In this document: in pieces, positions 37,530 through 63,980 of the stretch
Position numbering within the stretch: position 1 is the stretch's first letter
How the letters are laid out: each line of letters opens with the position of its first letter
Assembly: GCF_009914755.1 (NCBI RefSeq)
Contig: NC_060947.1
DNA from: the human T2T-CHM13v2.0 reference genome, Homo sapiens
Direction: 5' to 3' (one strand)
Length of the DNA: 64,000 bases
Position numbers and translations under genes: made by a program
The notes under the pieces: generated by a model
Database searches by the model: none
What the model was told of the DNA's origin: nothing
Seen by the model: the letters and a program-made list of their open reading frames with translations, nothing else

Positions 37530-39000
37530 GAAACATCTCAATTTGTATGATTTCAATGATTTTAAATATATTAGGGCTCCTTTCATGATATAGCATGTGG
37601 TCTATCAAGGAGAATATTCTATATGCACTCAAGATAAACAAGCATTCTGTTGCTTTAGGGTGGAGTGTTGTTAGGTCTAGCTTGTGTACAGCATTGCTCA
37701 AGCCTTTTATGCATATTTCTTATTTTATTTTCTGACTAGTTGTTCTATACATTATTGAAATTGAAAGTGGTTATTGAAGTCTCCAACTTCTTCACTGAGC
37801 TGTTTATTTTCAATTCTCTCAGATTTTGCTTTGCGTATTTTTCAACTCTGTTGATATGTGCACATGCGTTTAGAATTATTATGTCTTCTTGATATATTGA
37901 GCCTTTTGTCTTTATAAAATACAGTTGACCCTTGAACAACATGGGTTTGAACTGCACTGGTATACTTATATGTAGATTTTCTTCCACTTCTGCCACATCG
38001 GAGACAAGACCAACTCCTCCTGTTCTTCCTACTCCTCAGACTACTCAACGTGAAGATGATAAGGATGAAGACATTTATGATGATGATCCATTTTTATCTA
38101 ATGAATAGTAAATATATTTTCTATTCCTTATCTTTCTTAATAACATTTTGTTTTCTCTAGCTTACTTTACTGTAAGAATATAGTATATAATACATATAAC
38201 ATAAAAATACGTGTAAATTGACTTTATGTTATCAGTAAGGCTTCTGGTCAACAGTAGGCTATTAAAAGTTAAGTTTAGGGGAGTAAAAAGCTATACATGG
38301 ATTTCTGACTGCCTGGTGAGTTAGTGCTTCTAACCCCTGTGTTGTTCAAAGATCAACTGTATATGTTTTTCTCTCTAGTAAAAAAATTTTATTCTTTTTT
38401 TTTCTTCCTCCTTTTCCTGGTATCTAGTAAAAAAAATTTATGTCTGTTTTGTCTGATACTATTACCACCACTCCCAGTCTCTTTTGGATACTACTTGCAT
38501 GGTGTATCTTTTCTATTTTTTCACTTTTAACCATTTTTTCATTTATTGTAAGGTGTAGTTCTTATTGAGAGCATTTATATAGATCATTTATTTTTTATCC
38601 ATCTGCTAATAGATGCTTTTAGTTGAAGTGTTTAATACATTTGTATATAACTACTTTTAAATTAGGGTTTGCATCTGAAACTTTTCAATTTGATTTCTAT
38701 AGATTATCTATCTTTTCTCCCTTTATCCTTCTATAACAATCTTCTTATGTGTTCAGTAGGTATTTTAGTACACTAGTTTAAATCCCTTGCCATTTCTTTT
38801 ACTACATTATTCGGAGTTAGTTCTTTAGAGGTTACTCTGTGATTACAATTAACATATTAACTTTAAAAATCTAGTGAGAATAATACCAACTTGAATAGCA
38901 TACAATTTTCCCTTATGTAGCTTCATTTCTTTTACCTACTTTATGCTATTATTGTCATACAAACTATATTTTTATACATTATATGCCTGCCAACACCAAT
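37530..39000 (-). mobile_element. Old L1M ORF2 endonuclease-region fragment, split by Tigger2a
   Basis: Antisense translation KGSIYQEDIIILN resembles [13 protein letters not shown]. Confidence 0.65.
37922..38359. mobile_element. Tigger2a/MER28-type non-autonomous DNA transposon
   Basis: TIRs CAGTTGACCCTTGAACAACA and TGTTGTTCAAAGATCAACTG, flanked by TA on both sides; 438 bp. Confidence 0.9.
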
Positions 39001-39269
39001 TTATATTCATTGCTTTTCCCAGTTTTTCTTTTTTATTATTATTACTATACTGTGTTTTAGAGATGGTTCTTGGCACACCCTCTGAAACATTTAGTGGTAA
39101 ATGGGACATGATATCTGAAACTTATATTTTAAAAAAGCAATATATGTGTGCCTACAGAGAGAAAATGATAAAGCAAATGTGGAAAATGACTAACAGTTGG
39201 TGAATATGGGTGAAGAGCATACAATTTTGTACTAGTCTTGCAACTTGTCTATGTTTGAAATTATTTCTA

Positions 39270-39638
39270 TTTTTATTTCACTAGTTTTTAGGGTACAGAT
39301 GATTTTTGGTTACATGGATAAGTTCTTTAGTGGTGATTTCTGGGATTTTGGTGCACCCGTCACCTAAGCAGTGTACACTGTACCTAATATGCCATCTTCT
39401 ATTGCTCATCCCTCTTCCACCATTCCCTGCTGAGTCACCAAAGTCCATTATATCATTCGTATGTCTTTGCATCCTCATAGCTTAGAGCCTAATTGAAATT
39501 GAGAACATACAATATTTGGTTTTCCATTCCTGAGTTACTTCACTTAAAATAATGGCCTCCAGCTCCATCCAAGTTGCTGCAAAGGACATTATTTCATCCA
39601 TTTTATGGCTGAGTACTATTCCATGGTGTATATATACG

Positions 39639-39704
<66 letters not shown>

Positions 39705-40645
39705 ATGTGGTATATATATATACCACATTTTCTTTATACACTCATTGTTTGATGGGCCCATTGGTTGGTTCCATATTTTTGCAATTGTGTGGCTGTAAAC
39801 ATGCTTGTGCATGTCTTTTTCACATAATGACATCTTTTCCTTTGGGTAGATACCCAGTAGTAGGATGGCTGGATTGAATGGTAGTTCTACTGTTAGATCT
39901 TTAAGGAATCTTCATACAGTTTTCCATAATGGTTGTACTAGTTTACATTTCTACCAACAGTGTAAAAGTGTTCCCTATTCACCACATCCACACCAACATC
40001 TATTATTTTTTTACATTTTAATTATGGCCACTCTTGCAGGAGTGAGGCCATATCTTATTGAGGCTTTAATTTGCATTTCCTTGATAATTAGTGATGTTGA
40101 GCATTTTTTCATGTTTGTTGGCTGATTGTCTATCCTCTTTTGAGAATTGTCTATTCATGTCATTTGGCCACTTTTTGAAGGGATTTTTTTTTTCTTGCTG
40201 ATTTGAGTTCCTTGTAGATTCTGGATATTAGTCCTTTGTTGGATGCATAGTTTGTAAACATTTTCTCCCTCTCCGTAGGTTGTCTGTTTGCTGATTATTT
40301 CTTTGGCTGTGCAGAAGCTTTTCTGTTTAATTAGGTCCCACTTATTTATTTATTTTTGTTTTCGTTGAATTTGATTTTGGGTCTCAGCCACGAATTCTTT
40401 GCCTAAGCCAATGTCTAGAAGAGTTTTCCTGATGTTATCTTGATAATTTTTATGGTTTCTAGTCTTAGATTTAAGTCTTTGCTCCATCTTCAGTTCATTT
40501 GTGTATAAGGTGAGAGATAGGAATCCAGTTTTAATCTTCTACATGTGGCTTGCCAGTTTTTACAGCACCATTTGTTGAACAGGATGTCCTTTTCCCAATT
40601 TATGTTTCTGTAGGCTTTGTCGAAGATCAGTTGGATGTAAGTATT
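39270..40645 (-). mobile_element. 5'-truncated L1PB1-like element with an internal (CA)n(TA)n microsatellite (~39641-39703)
   Basis: 3' end GTTACATGGATAAGTTCTTTAGTGGTGATTTCTG typical of L1PB; antisense MSFAATWMELEAIILSE. Confidence 0.8.
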
Positions 40646-41416
40646 TTATGCTTCCGTTAATATGAGCTGCCTAGAAGATAAAAACGTATAAAGCAGTAGA
40701 GTAAAAGATATCATGGGCTGGAGTGAGGGACAAATAAGGAGGTGTTGTTTAATGAGTAAAGAGTTTCTCTTTGGGATGGTGAAAAAATTTTGGAAATGTA
40801 TAGTGGTGATGGTTGCACAACATTCTGAATGTAATTAATGCTCCTGAATTGTACACTCTACAATAGCTAAAATTGTTACAATTAAAAATATAAAAGTTTA
40901 TTTCAGTCCTCCATTGTTGAGGGTTTTTATCATTTCCAGACATTGCTTATTATAAATATTTTATAAGAAAATTATTCAGAGAAAAATTCTGGATTGTGAA
41001 AGAAAATATTGGTTATAGTATATAAGAGAAGTTTCGATATATTTTTTCACGCATCTTATGAAAGGCTACCTTTATCTAACTTTTCAGTTAGTTTATAATT
41101 CTGTCGTATACCTAAATGGCTTTACTATACTACCTACAGTTGCCATTTAATATTAAAATAATGCTATAACTACCATAAGGTCGCATATTAATATTAAATA
41201 TTTGTAAACAATGTGCCATCTTACGTTTTTCACTTTATTTTTTAACTTCTGAAAGTAAATCTTTACATACATGCATTTCAAAGGGAACAATTTTTTTCCT
41301 ACACTAAAATATTTTTTTTCTTCAGCATATTAAATATGTCATGCCACTCTCTCCTGGCCTGTAAGGTTTCCGCTGAAATTTCTGCTGCCAGATGTATTGG
41401 AGCTCCATTGCATGTT

Positions 41417-47611
<6,195 letters not shown>

Positions 47612-47623
47612 CCATTGCATGTT

Positions 47624-50600
47624 ATTTGTTCCTTTTCTCTTACTGATTTTGGGATTCTTTCTTTATCTTTGAGCCTTGGGATTTTGATTGCTAAATGCCT
47701 TGAGGTAGTCTTCTTTGGATTATGTCTGCTTGGTTTTCTGTAACTTTCTTGTAGTTTGATATTTACATCTTCCTTTAGGTTTGATAATTTTTCTGTTATC
47801 ATCCTTTTGAATAAACATTTTACCCCATCTCTGTCTCCACCTCCTCTTTAAATCCGATAACTCTTACATTTGCTCTTTTGAGGCTATTTTCTAGGTCTTG
47901 TAGGTGTACTTCATTGTTTTTTATTCTTTTCTCTTTGTCTCCTCTGACTGTGTAATTTCAAATAGCCTGTCTTCAAGCTCACTAATTCTTTCTTCTGCTT
48001 CTTCCATTCTGCTATTATATAATTCTGTTGTGTTCTTCTGTGTGCCAATTGCATTTTACAATTCCAGAATTTCTGCTTGATTCTTATTAATTATTTTAAT
48101 ATCTTTATTAAATTTATCTGATAGACTTCTGAATTCCTTCTCTGTGTTATCTTGAATTTCCGTGAGTTTCCCTAACACTGCTATATTGAATTTTCTGTCT
48201 GAAAGTTCCCATATCTGTTTCTCCGGGAATGGTCATCCTTGGGGCCTTATTTAGTTCATTTGGTGAGTTCATGTTTTCCTAGATAGTGTCAAAGCTAGTA
48301 GGTTTTCTTCACTGTCTGGTCATTGAAGGGTTAGGTATTTATTGTAGTCTTCACTTTCTGGGCTTATTTGTAGCTGTCCTTCTTGTGAAAGATTCCCAAA
48401 GTTTTGAAAGGACTTGGGTGTTGTGATCTGAGCTGTATCTGCTTTAGGGGACACCCCAAGCCCAGAAACACAGTCGTTCTTGCAGACTCATAGAGGTACT
48501 GCCTTGATGGTCTTGCACAAGACCTGGGAGAATTTTCTGGATTACCAGGCAGATACCCTTGGTCTCTTTTTTATTTTACTTTCTACCAACCATACAGAAC
48601 CTCTCTCTGTGTTCTGTGACACTTTAAGCTGAGAGTGGAGTAATACAAGCACCCCTGTGTCCACCACAAGTTGGACTGCACTGAGTCAGACCTGAAGCCA
48701 GCACAGTGGTGGGTCTCATTCAAGGCCTGCTATAACCCTATATTTTCTCAAGACCCTGGGGCTCTATAATCAACAAGTGGCAAAACCAGCCAGGCCTGTG
48801 TCCTTCCCTTCTTGGCTGCGAGATTCCTAAAGCCCAAAGTGGTCTTAGAAGTGGTGTCCCATCTGGGAGTCAGGGACTAGAGTAAAAAACCTTAGAAATC
48901 TACCCAGTGTTCTATCGTATTGTGGTTGAGCTGGCATTCAAACTACATGATGCAGTCCTTTTTACTCTTCCTTCTCCTTTCCAAAGGCAGAGAAACATCG
49001 CTCCATAGCCACTACCACCCCAGGCCCTGAGGAGTACTGCTAGACTACCATGGATGTTTCCTTAAGGCTCAAATTATTTTATGTCAGGTTGTCATAAATG
49101 CTGCCTGGCCTGGGACTCACCTTTCAGGGCAGTGGGCTCCCCTCTGGCTCAGGACAGGTCCAGAAATGCCATCTAAGATCCAAGTCCTGAAATCAGGGAC
49201 CCCAAAAGCCCACTTGGTGCTCTATCCTCCTATATTCATGCTGGTGCCTAAGGTGCAAGACAAAGTCCTCTTTACATTTCCTTATGCTTTTTTAAAGCAG
49301 AAGGAGTTTTGCCCCGTAGCCACCAGAGCTGGTTATGTGCTGAGTCTTACCTGAAGCCAGTAAGTCTCAGAGGCTCATATAAGGCTCTTGATGTAATACC
49401 TGGGTATCACTACTGGTTTTTCAGGGAACAAGAGCTCTTCAGTTAGCAGGTAATAAATACTGTCAGGGCTTGGTTCTTTCCTTCAAGGCAATAGGTTCTC
49501 TTCTGGCCCAAGGTGTGTCTAGAATTGTCATCTGGGAGCCAGGACCTGAAACAGAGGTCTCCTGACTCTGACTGGTGCCCTATCTTGCTGCGGTTGGGCT
49601 GATATCCTAGATGTAAGACACAGTCCTCCCCACTCTTCCCTGTTGTCTCCTCAAGTGGAGGGAAGGGGTCCTAAACCTAAAGGGGGCTATGAGCTGTGCA
49701 GCCTGGGGTTAGTGGAGGGATAATGAAATCACTCCCTTGGCTGTTCCAGCTGGTGTCTCTGTATGTCATGTGCCCCCCTACCCCAGACCACTGTCTCTGG
49801 GCCTAATTCAGCAATAGGTCTCACCTTAAAGTTGCAGTCCTTATGGCCTAGACTGCCTTTCAAGTTTACTTGGAGACCCAGAATGCTGTAATTCTTGTTG
49901 CAGAGGTTTGTGGCTACTCAAGTTTAGTCCCTGTGGTTGGTGATTCCCCTCTGGCTAGGGCTGGTTTAAATGCTCCCTCTGAGGATGGGCATTAGTTGAG
50001 TTTGGTCTAGTTTTCCTTTCTGCTCTAACAAGGCAGCACTGAATTCATTGCCTCACAACTGCTATGTTCTCCTTCCCCCAGTGCTGAGAGATGCTGTCCA
50101 CCCTACACTGCCTCTGTGGTGGTGGGGGGTGGGGTGGGGAGGAAGGGGAGGGGTTGATTCAGGACTGTTTTTTGTATCTCTTCAGTGCATTTTTCAGTGA
50201 TTTGAAGTTAAAACCAGATATGTTATGGTTTGGATTTGTGTCCCTGCCAAAATCTCATGTCTAGTTGTAATCCCCAATGTTGGATGTGGGGCCTGGTGTG
50301 AGGTTATTGACTCATGGGGGTGGTTTCTCATAGTTTAACACCATCCCCCTTAGGATTGTTCTCCTGATACAGAGTGAGTTCTCAGGAGATCTGGTTATGT
50401 AAAAATGTGTAGAACTTCCCTCCTCTCTCTCTTCCTCTTGCTCCAGCCATGTGAAGTGCTGGTTCCACCTTTGCCTTCTACCATGATTGTAAGTTTCCTG
50501 AGGCTTCCTCAGAAGCTGAGCAGAAGCTGCTATGCTTCCTATACAGCCTGTGGAATATGAGCCACTTAGGCCTCTTTTCTTTATAAATTATCCAGTCTCA

Positions 50601-50780
50601 GGTATTTCTTTATAGCATCAGGGAACAGACTAATACAAGGTACTATAAGTGCTCATCTGATTTTGGGTTCTTATGAAGGTGTTTTTTTTTTTCTGTGTAG
50701 ATATTTGTTAACTTGGTGTCCTTGCAGGGGGGATGATCGGTGAAGCTTTCTATTCCACAATCTTGCTCTACTCCTCTTCC
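47624..50780 (-). mobile_element. Old L1M(A) 5'UTR and ORF1 region; host of the L1PA4 (continues at 41280-41404) and of an MST LTR
   Basis: Antisense ORF1-like translation (RHNPKKTTSRHLAIK...KDKERIPKSVREK); sequence is collinear across the L1PA4 TSD. Confidence 0.75.
50221..50637 (+). mobile_element. MSTA-like solo LTR (MaLR)
   Basis: TGTTATGGTTTGGAT...CAGACTAATACA termini; 5-bp TSD AG(A/G)TA. Confidence 0.88.
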
Positions 50781-50914
50781 ACATTTGAGCTTGATTTATA
50801 TTTGAATTATGCATCAAATACAAACTCTATGTCTCTCTCACACACAAGCACTTAAATGGTAGACAGGCAATTGATTATTACACCACTAAAGCATATAACA
50901 ACCTCTCAAATAAG

Positions 50915-51080
50915 TGTTATTATAATGTCCATTTTACAAATAGGAAAACTTTCGGTACTGAGTGTTTAAATAACCTGCCTGAGATCTCACATATAATAAG
51001 TGTCAGAGTCTGTAATGTGATTCAAAGCAAGGCAGTCTTGTTCCAGAGTTGATCCTGTGATCACCATGTTATTTTACACT
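50915..51080 (-). mobile_element. MIR fragment
   Basis: CCATTTTACAAATAGGAAAACT...TAAATAACCTGCCTGAGATCTCACA MIR core. Confidence 0.7.
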
Positions 51081-51295
51081 GAGTTGCCCTCTCTTGGTTT
51101 ATCAGAGTCTATAAATATTACCGAATTAATATTTGGTTGAATGCTATTGAAACAGACAGAACAATGCAGACATGTATTTTTTTAAAGGTTAACAATACCC
51201 TTACTATGGCAACCCCATCCAATCTCACACACTTGAGATTACAGAGAACACAATTATCTGTTTTATTTTATGCTTTCCTCAAGTTCATATAAACA

Positions 51296-52446
51296 CAGGC
51301 ATACTTTATTTCATTGTGCTTTGTTTTACTGTGGTTTGCAGATAATGTATTTTTTTTACAAACTTGAGGTTTGTGGCAACCTAGTGTCCAGTAAGTCTAT
51401 CAGCTCCATTTTTCTAACATATGTTCACTTTGTGTCTCCTTGTCACACTTTGATAACCCTCCCAATATTTCAAACATTTTCATTGCTGTCATGTCTATTA
51501 TGGTGATATGTGATCAGACATCTTTGATGTTACTATTATAATTGTTTTGGGGCAACACAAACTGCACCCATGTAAGACAGCAGGCTTAACTGATAAATGT
51601 TGTGTGTGTTCTGACTGCTCCACCATCTATCCTCTCTCTTTGGGACTCCTTATTCCCTGAGAGACAATATTATTGAAATTAAGCCTACTAATAACCCTAC
51701 AATGACCTTTAATTGTTCAAGTGAAAGAAAGATTTCCATTCCTCTAAATGTAAATCAAAAGTTAAAAATGAGCTTAGTGGGGAAGGCATATAAAAATCCA
51801 GGAGAAGCCAAAAGCTAGGTCTTTTATGCCAAATGGTTAGCCAAGTTGTGAATGTAAAAGATCAATTCTTAAAAAAAAAATAAAAGTGCTACTCTAGTGA
51901 GCACATGAATAAAAAAGCAAAACAGCAGTATTGCTGTTATGAAGAAAGTTTTAGTGGTCTGGATAGAAGATCAAACCAGCCACAACATTCCCTTAAGCCA
52001 AAGCCTTATCTAGAGCAAGGTCCTAACTCTTTTCAATTCTATGAAGGTTGAGAGAGATAAGGAGGCTGCCGAAGAAATTTTGGAAGCTAGCAGAGTTTGG
52101 TTCATGAGGTTTAAGGAAATAAGCCATCTGCATAACATAAAAGTACGAAATGAAGGAGCAAGTGCTGGTGTAGAAGCTACAGCAAATTATCCAGACAATC
52201 TAGCTAAAATTATTGATGAAGGTGGCTACACTAAACAGATTTTCAATTTAGGCAAAAGAGCCTTATATTTGAAGAAGATGGCACCTATTACTTTTATAGC
52301 TAGAGAGGCGAGGTTAATGCCTAGTTTCAAAACTTCAGTGAACAGGCTAAGTGTCTTGTTAGAAGCTAATGCAGCTGGTGACTTCATGTTGAAATTAATG
52401 CTGAAATTTGGAATTGATCATTATCATTCCAAAAATCCTAAGGCCT
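51296..52446 (+). mobile_element. Tigger1 DNA transposon, 5' half
   Basis: CAGGCATAC TIR start; transposase remnant 52041-52454 ([12 protein letters not shown]...ANAAGDF). Confidence 0.88.
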
Positions 52447-52812
52447 TGACTTAGTGTGATTTCTGTTGCTTTTAACAGAACACTGGAAACTGGGTAATTT
52501 ATAAAGAAAAGGAATTTATTTCTTACAGTTATGGAGTCTGAGAAGTCCAAGGTCAAGGAGCCATATCTGGTGAGGGCCTTCTGGTTGTTGGAGACTCTCT
52601 GCAGAGTCCCAAGGCAGCATAGGGCATCACAGGGTGAGGGGACTGAGTGTACTGGCTCAAGTCTATGTTTTCTTATAAAGCCATCATTCCCATGCCTATG
52701 ATAACCCATTAATCTATTAACATATCAGTTCATCAGGGCTCAACCCTCATGACCCTGTCACCTCTTAAAGGCCCCATCTCTCGATATTCCCACATTGGAG
52801 ATTAAATTCCAT
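52447..52812 (-). mobile_element. MST-type MaLR LTR, truncated at its right end
   Basis: CTGGGTAATTTATAAAGAAAAGGAATTTATTTCTTACAGTTATGGAG MaLR signature; the expected ...AAACCATA(G/T)CA terminus is absent. Confidence 0.8.
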
Positions 52813-53669
52813 GGGTCATATGTCAAAACTTATTCAGTTGTTTACTTTATATGTATCTATTGTTGTACGTCAGTTATACCTCAATAAAGCTTCAAACATG
52901 AAAGAAACAATAATGGAATAAAACTCACTGACCTGTAGGCCAATATTGAGTTACTAAACCTACATGTAATTAGTGTTTCTGAAGAAAAAGGGAGTAGGGC
53001 GTGGGGAATGGAAAAATATTTGAAGAAATAATGGTTAAAAAATGTTACAAATATGAAGCAAAATGATGATAAACTCACAGCTGCAAGAAGTTCTATGAAC
53101 TCCAAACAGGAAGCAAAATGAAGGGCTCACCAAGACCTACAATAAACAAATTGCCTAACATACAGAAGTAAAGAAAAATTCTTCAAAGCAGGCTAATAAA
53201 AGAAACACATTACAGACAGGGAAAAATAGTAAGAATGACTGAGGTCTTTTATCTGTAAAAATAAAACATCTGACACAATCAGGGAATTGTTACATGAGGT
53301 CCAGTTTATTTTTAATGTGGATGTTTGTGCAAATTTTAATCAAAACAATTTATCTGATCTATGTGTGTTATCCTTTTCTGTGAATGTAGAAGTTCCAGAA
53401 AAATGTAAAGTGTTTGATCTCATTTTTGACAAAATGGTAAAAAAAAAAAAACAACCCAAAACTCACACAGGAAAATTTCAATATATACAAGCATACCTTG
53501 CAGATATTTCAGGTTTTGTTCCAGACCACCACAGTAAAGCAAATATCACAATGAAGTGAATCACACAATTTTTTTGGTTTCCCAGTCCATATAAAAGTTA
53601 TTATATCTTTATAGTGTACTGTAGTCTATTAACTGCGCAATATAATTATGGCTAAAAAACAGTGTACAA

Positions 53670-59711
<6,042 letters not shown>

Positions 59712-60752
59712 GAAGATAGTGACTATAATCTCTTATATCCATTAAATAAATTGTATCCTCTCACTTCTTTACAAAAAAAAAAAAAAAATTAAAGTTACTG
59801 ACGTTGCACAGTGATGTCTTCCCTCCTTGACACACCTCCACATTCTCTAAACTTGGATTAAAATTTATTTCCTTCAGATTTGTGTAGGTATTCGTTCATT
59901 GTTTATTGTTGTTAACTATTGCAGTTTTGTACACTTATAGTTTATAACACTTTCTAAATAGCTTAATGGTTAGTATTTCTTAATTTTATGCTTTATAAAA
60001 AAGGAGCACTATACATAGGTATAAAGATTAATGTATATGTCCACTTGACTGGGCCATGGAGTGCCCTGATATTTGGTCAAAAATTTTTCTGGGAGTTTCT
60101 GTGAAGGTATTTTTGGTTGAAATTAACATTTAAATTGTTAGACTGAGTAAGGCAGTTGTCCCCTCTCCCCCTACCCAGTGTGTGGGCCTTATGCATTTAA
60201 CTGAAGGCCTGACTAGAAAAAGGCCACCCCTCCTCCAAGTAGGCAAGAATTTTCCTGCTTGAGAGCCTTTGGACTGAAACTTTGACACCTCCTGTGTCTA
60301 CAGTAGCTTATTCCTTTGAACTTGAACTGGAACATCAGCTCTACAGATTTTGGACTTGCCAGCCTCGTAAATACATGCGCTGAATCATTGTTCTCTCTCT
60401 CTCTCTCTCTCTTTCTATATATATATATGAAATCTGGTTCTGTTTCTCTGGAGATCCCTCATACAGCAGCCTTCTGCAATTTGTGTTCTCGCTCAATATT
60501 TGTATATTATCAATTCATGTTGTTGTGTAGAGCTACAATTCAACAATTACAAATGTAGTCTAGTATTCCATTCTGTAAATATAACAAAACTAATGTGTCT
60601 ATTCTTTCGTCAATGGACATTTAGACTTTTTTCCTTTAGTGTTTTACTATTTTAAGCAACGTTATGACTATGTGAGTACTTTGGCTTATTGTACTTCTGT
60701 AAGAGATTGCCCATGGTATAATACATGCCTTGAAAAAGGAAAAAAAAAAAAA
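59712..60752 (+). other. L1-mediated 3' transduction (~1 kb) with an internal A16 tract and a terminal A-tail
   Basis: Non-L1HS DNA enclosed between the L1 tail and the 3' TSD. Confidence 0.92.
60020..60465 (+). mobile_element. MLT2-type LTR carried inside the transduced segment
   Basis: TGTCCACTTGACTGGGCCATGG...GATATTTGGTCAAA...ATTAACATTTAAAT...AGACTGAGTAAGGCAG; ends TGGTTCTGTTTCTCTGGAGA. Confidence 0.7.
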
Positions 60753-61712
60753 AAAAAACAGTGTACAAACCTTAGTTAAAAATACTTTATTGTTAAAAAT
60801 GCTAATGATCATCTGAGTCTTCAGTGAGTTGTAATCCTTTGGCTGATGGAGGCTCTTGCTTCAATGTTGATGGGTACTGACTGATAAGGCTGATTGTTGC
60901 TGAAGGTTGGGTTTACTGTGATAATTTCTTAAAATTAAACAGTAACAAAATTTATAGTATCAAATGACTCTTTCTTTCACAAAATATGTCTCTGTAACAT
61001 GTGATGCCATTTGATAGCATTTTACCCACAGCAGAACTTCTTTCAAAATCAGAATTAATCCTCCCAAACTCTGCTGCTGCTTTATCAATTGAGTTTATAT
61101 AATATTCTAAATCTTTTGTTGTCATTTCAACAATGTTCATAGCATCTTCACCAGGAGTAGATTCCATCTCAAGAATTCACTTTCTTTACTTAACTGTAAG
61201 GAGCAACTCCTCATTCATTCAAGTTTTATCATGAGATGGCAGCAATTCAGCCACATCATCAGGTTCCACTTCTAATTCTAATTCTTTGGCTATTTCCACC
61301 ACATGTGCAGTTACCTCTTCAGCTGAAGTCTTGAACTCCTTAAAGTCATTTATTAGGGTTGTAATCAACTTCTTCAAAATTCCCATTAATGTTAATGTTA
61401 ATATTTGATCACAAATATTCTTAGTGGCAACTAGACTGGTGAATCCTTTCCAGAAGATTTTCAATGTACTTTGCCCAGATCCATCTGAGGAATCACCATC
61501 TATGGCAGTTTTGCCCTATGAAATTCATTTCTTAAATAATAAAACTTACTTCTTCATCCATAGGCTACAGAATGGTGTTGTGTTTAGCTAGCCTGAAAAC
61601 AACATTACTCTCCTTGTATATCTCCATCAGAGTTCTAGGTGCATTGTCAATGGGTAGTAATATTTTGAAAGGAGTCTTTTTTTCTGAGCAGTAGGTCTCA
61701 ACAGTGAATTTA

Positions 61713-61863
61713 AGATAAAAAATATTTACTCATGCCCCTTCCATTCCCTCCCTGTAATTCTTCCTCACACTGTCCTCCCCATCACCAGGCAACCACTGAT
61801 CTGTTTTCTGTGGCTATAGATTACTTTTCATTTTCTAGAATTATGCACAACTGGTGATTGTCT

Positions 61864-61894
<31 letters not shown>

Positions 61895-63820
61895 ACATCA
61901 CAATATGAACTTCTTTTGGCCTGGCTTCTTTCAATCAGAATAATTATTTTGAAATTCTTTGTGTTGTAAGGAATGTGTTGTGTTGTTTGTGTTATAATAT
62001 ATTAATAAATAGTGATGACTTATTGATTGCTGATAAGTACTCTGTTGTATAGATATGCAATGGTTTATTCATTCACCTGTTGATGGACATTTAAGATGTT
62101 TCTAATTTTTGGCTATTACAAATAAAGCTGTTATGAACATCCATGAACAAGTTTTGTGTAGATATATGCTTTCATTTGGCTTGGGTAAATTCCTTAGAAT
62201 GAAATACCCGAGGCATATAAGTGTATATTTAACTCTTTAACATGTTGCAAAAACTGTTTTCCAAAGTGATTGTACCGTTTTTACATGCTTATCGGTGGTA
62301 TATGACTGTTCCAGTCCCTTCACATCCTATCCCACACTTGATATGGAGAGTCATTTTAATTTTAGCCATTCTAACACATGTATAGTGGTATGAAATTGTG
62401 GTGTTTAGTTGTAGTTTCATCATGATCAGAAATATTAAACATATTTTCATGTGCTTATTTCTCATCCATGTCTCTTCTTTGGTAAAGTAATTTGCTCTAA
62501 TATTTGGTCTTCTTCCATTTGGTTGGTTGTATTTTTATTACTGAGAATATACACATAGTTCTATGTGTATGTTCTGGATAACAGCCCTTTATCATTTACA
62601 TGTTGCATTAAAGAAAAGTTTGCCTAACACAAGGTCATAACAGATTTTCATATGTTTTTGACTAGAATTTAAGCTTACATTTAGGTCTGTGGTCTACATT
62701 GAGTCAATTTTGGCTTATGTATGAGGTATGGAACAATGTTTTTTTTTTTGAGGGGTTATAAATACCCAATTGTTTCAACACCATTTGTTAAAAAGTCTAT
62801 CCTTTCTACCCCGAATTGTCTTCATATCTGTGTTGAAAAATTGGTTGTCCTTATATGGGTATTTTATTTCTGCATTATCTATTTTGTTCCATCATCCATT
62901 TTTTTCCTATTTTTATGCAGTATCACACTGTCTTGGTGACTGTTGCTTTATAGTAAGTCTTAATTCTCCAACTCTGTCCTTTTTCAAGATTATATTGGCT
63001 ATTCCAGGCCCTTTGTAATTCCACACAAATGTTAGAATATTCTTGTCTATTCTGCAAAAATCCCATCTGGAATATTGAATGAGATTGCATCAATTCTATA
63101 GTTCAATTTGGGAGAATTGACATGTTAACTATACTGAGTCTTCTGACCAGTGAACATGAAATGTCTCTCAATTTGCTTAGGTCTTCTTTACTTTCTCTCA
63201 GCAGCAGTTTTCAATATATATATATATCTTGAAAATATTATCCCTAAGAATTTCATATTTTTGCTTGCTGTTATAAATTTATTTCAATTTCTTACCACTT
63301 TTACTACTATATATAAATAAAATTGAGTTTTTATATTGATTTTGTATCCTGAAACCTTACTAAACTGACTTCTTAGTTCTAGTTTCTCTTTTATGGATTC
63401 CTTAAGATTTTCTACATACAAAATTCCCGTCTGCAGCAAGATAGTTTTACTTCTTCCTTTCCTATCTGGATGCCTTTTATTTCTTTTACTGGCATAATTG
63501 TCCTGGCTAGAAGGCCCATAGAAGTGGTAGAGTGAACAGCCATGTCTTATTCCTGATCTCAAGGGGAAATGACTTGCTCTTTCAGCAATAAGTATAAGGT
63601 TAGCTGTCAGTTATTCATAGATGTCCATTATCTGGTTAAGTTTCCTTCTGTTCCTAGTTTGATGAGGCCTTTTATCATGAAATGGTGTTAAATTTTATGA
63701 ATGCTTTATTGAGATGATCATATGATTTTTCTGTTTTTAGTTCACATGATGAATTATATTGTCTGTTTTTTAAAAGTTAAGTGAATCTTGTATTTCTGGG
63801 TAAACCCCATTTAGACACAA
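61713..63820 (-). mobile_element. Old L1M (L1MB/MC-type) 3' region, with (CA)n at ~61865-61897
   Basis: CAGGCAACCACTGATCTG...TATAGATTA 3'UTR motif; antisense [13 protein letters not shown]. Confidence 0.75.
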
Positions 63821-63821
63821 T

Positions 63822-63980
63822 GTAGCAATTGTGAATGGGAGTTTACTCATGATTTGGTTCTCTGCTAGTCTATTATAGGTGTATAAGAATGCTTGTGATT
63901 TTTGCATATTGATTTTGTATCCTGAGACTTTGCTGAAGATGTTTATCAGCTTAAGGAGTTTTTGGGCTGCGACAATGGGG
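63822..63980 (-). mobile_element. Primate L1 ORF2 fragment, followed by a T-run at the window edge
   Basis: GATTTTGTATCCTGAGACTTTGCTGAAG, near-identical to the L1PA RT region. Confidence 0.75.
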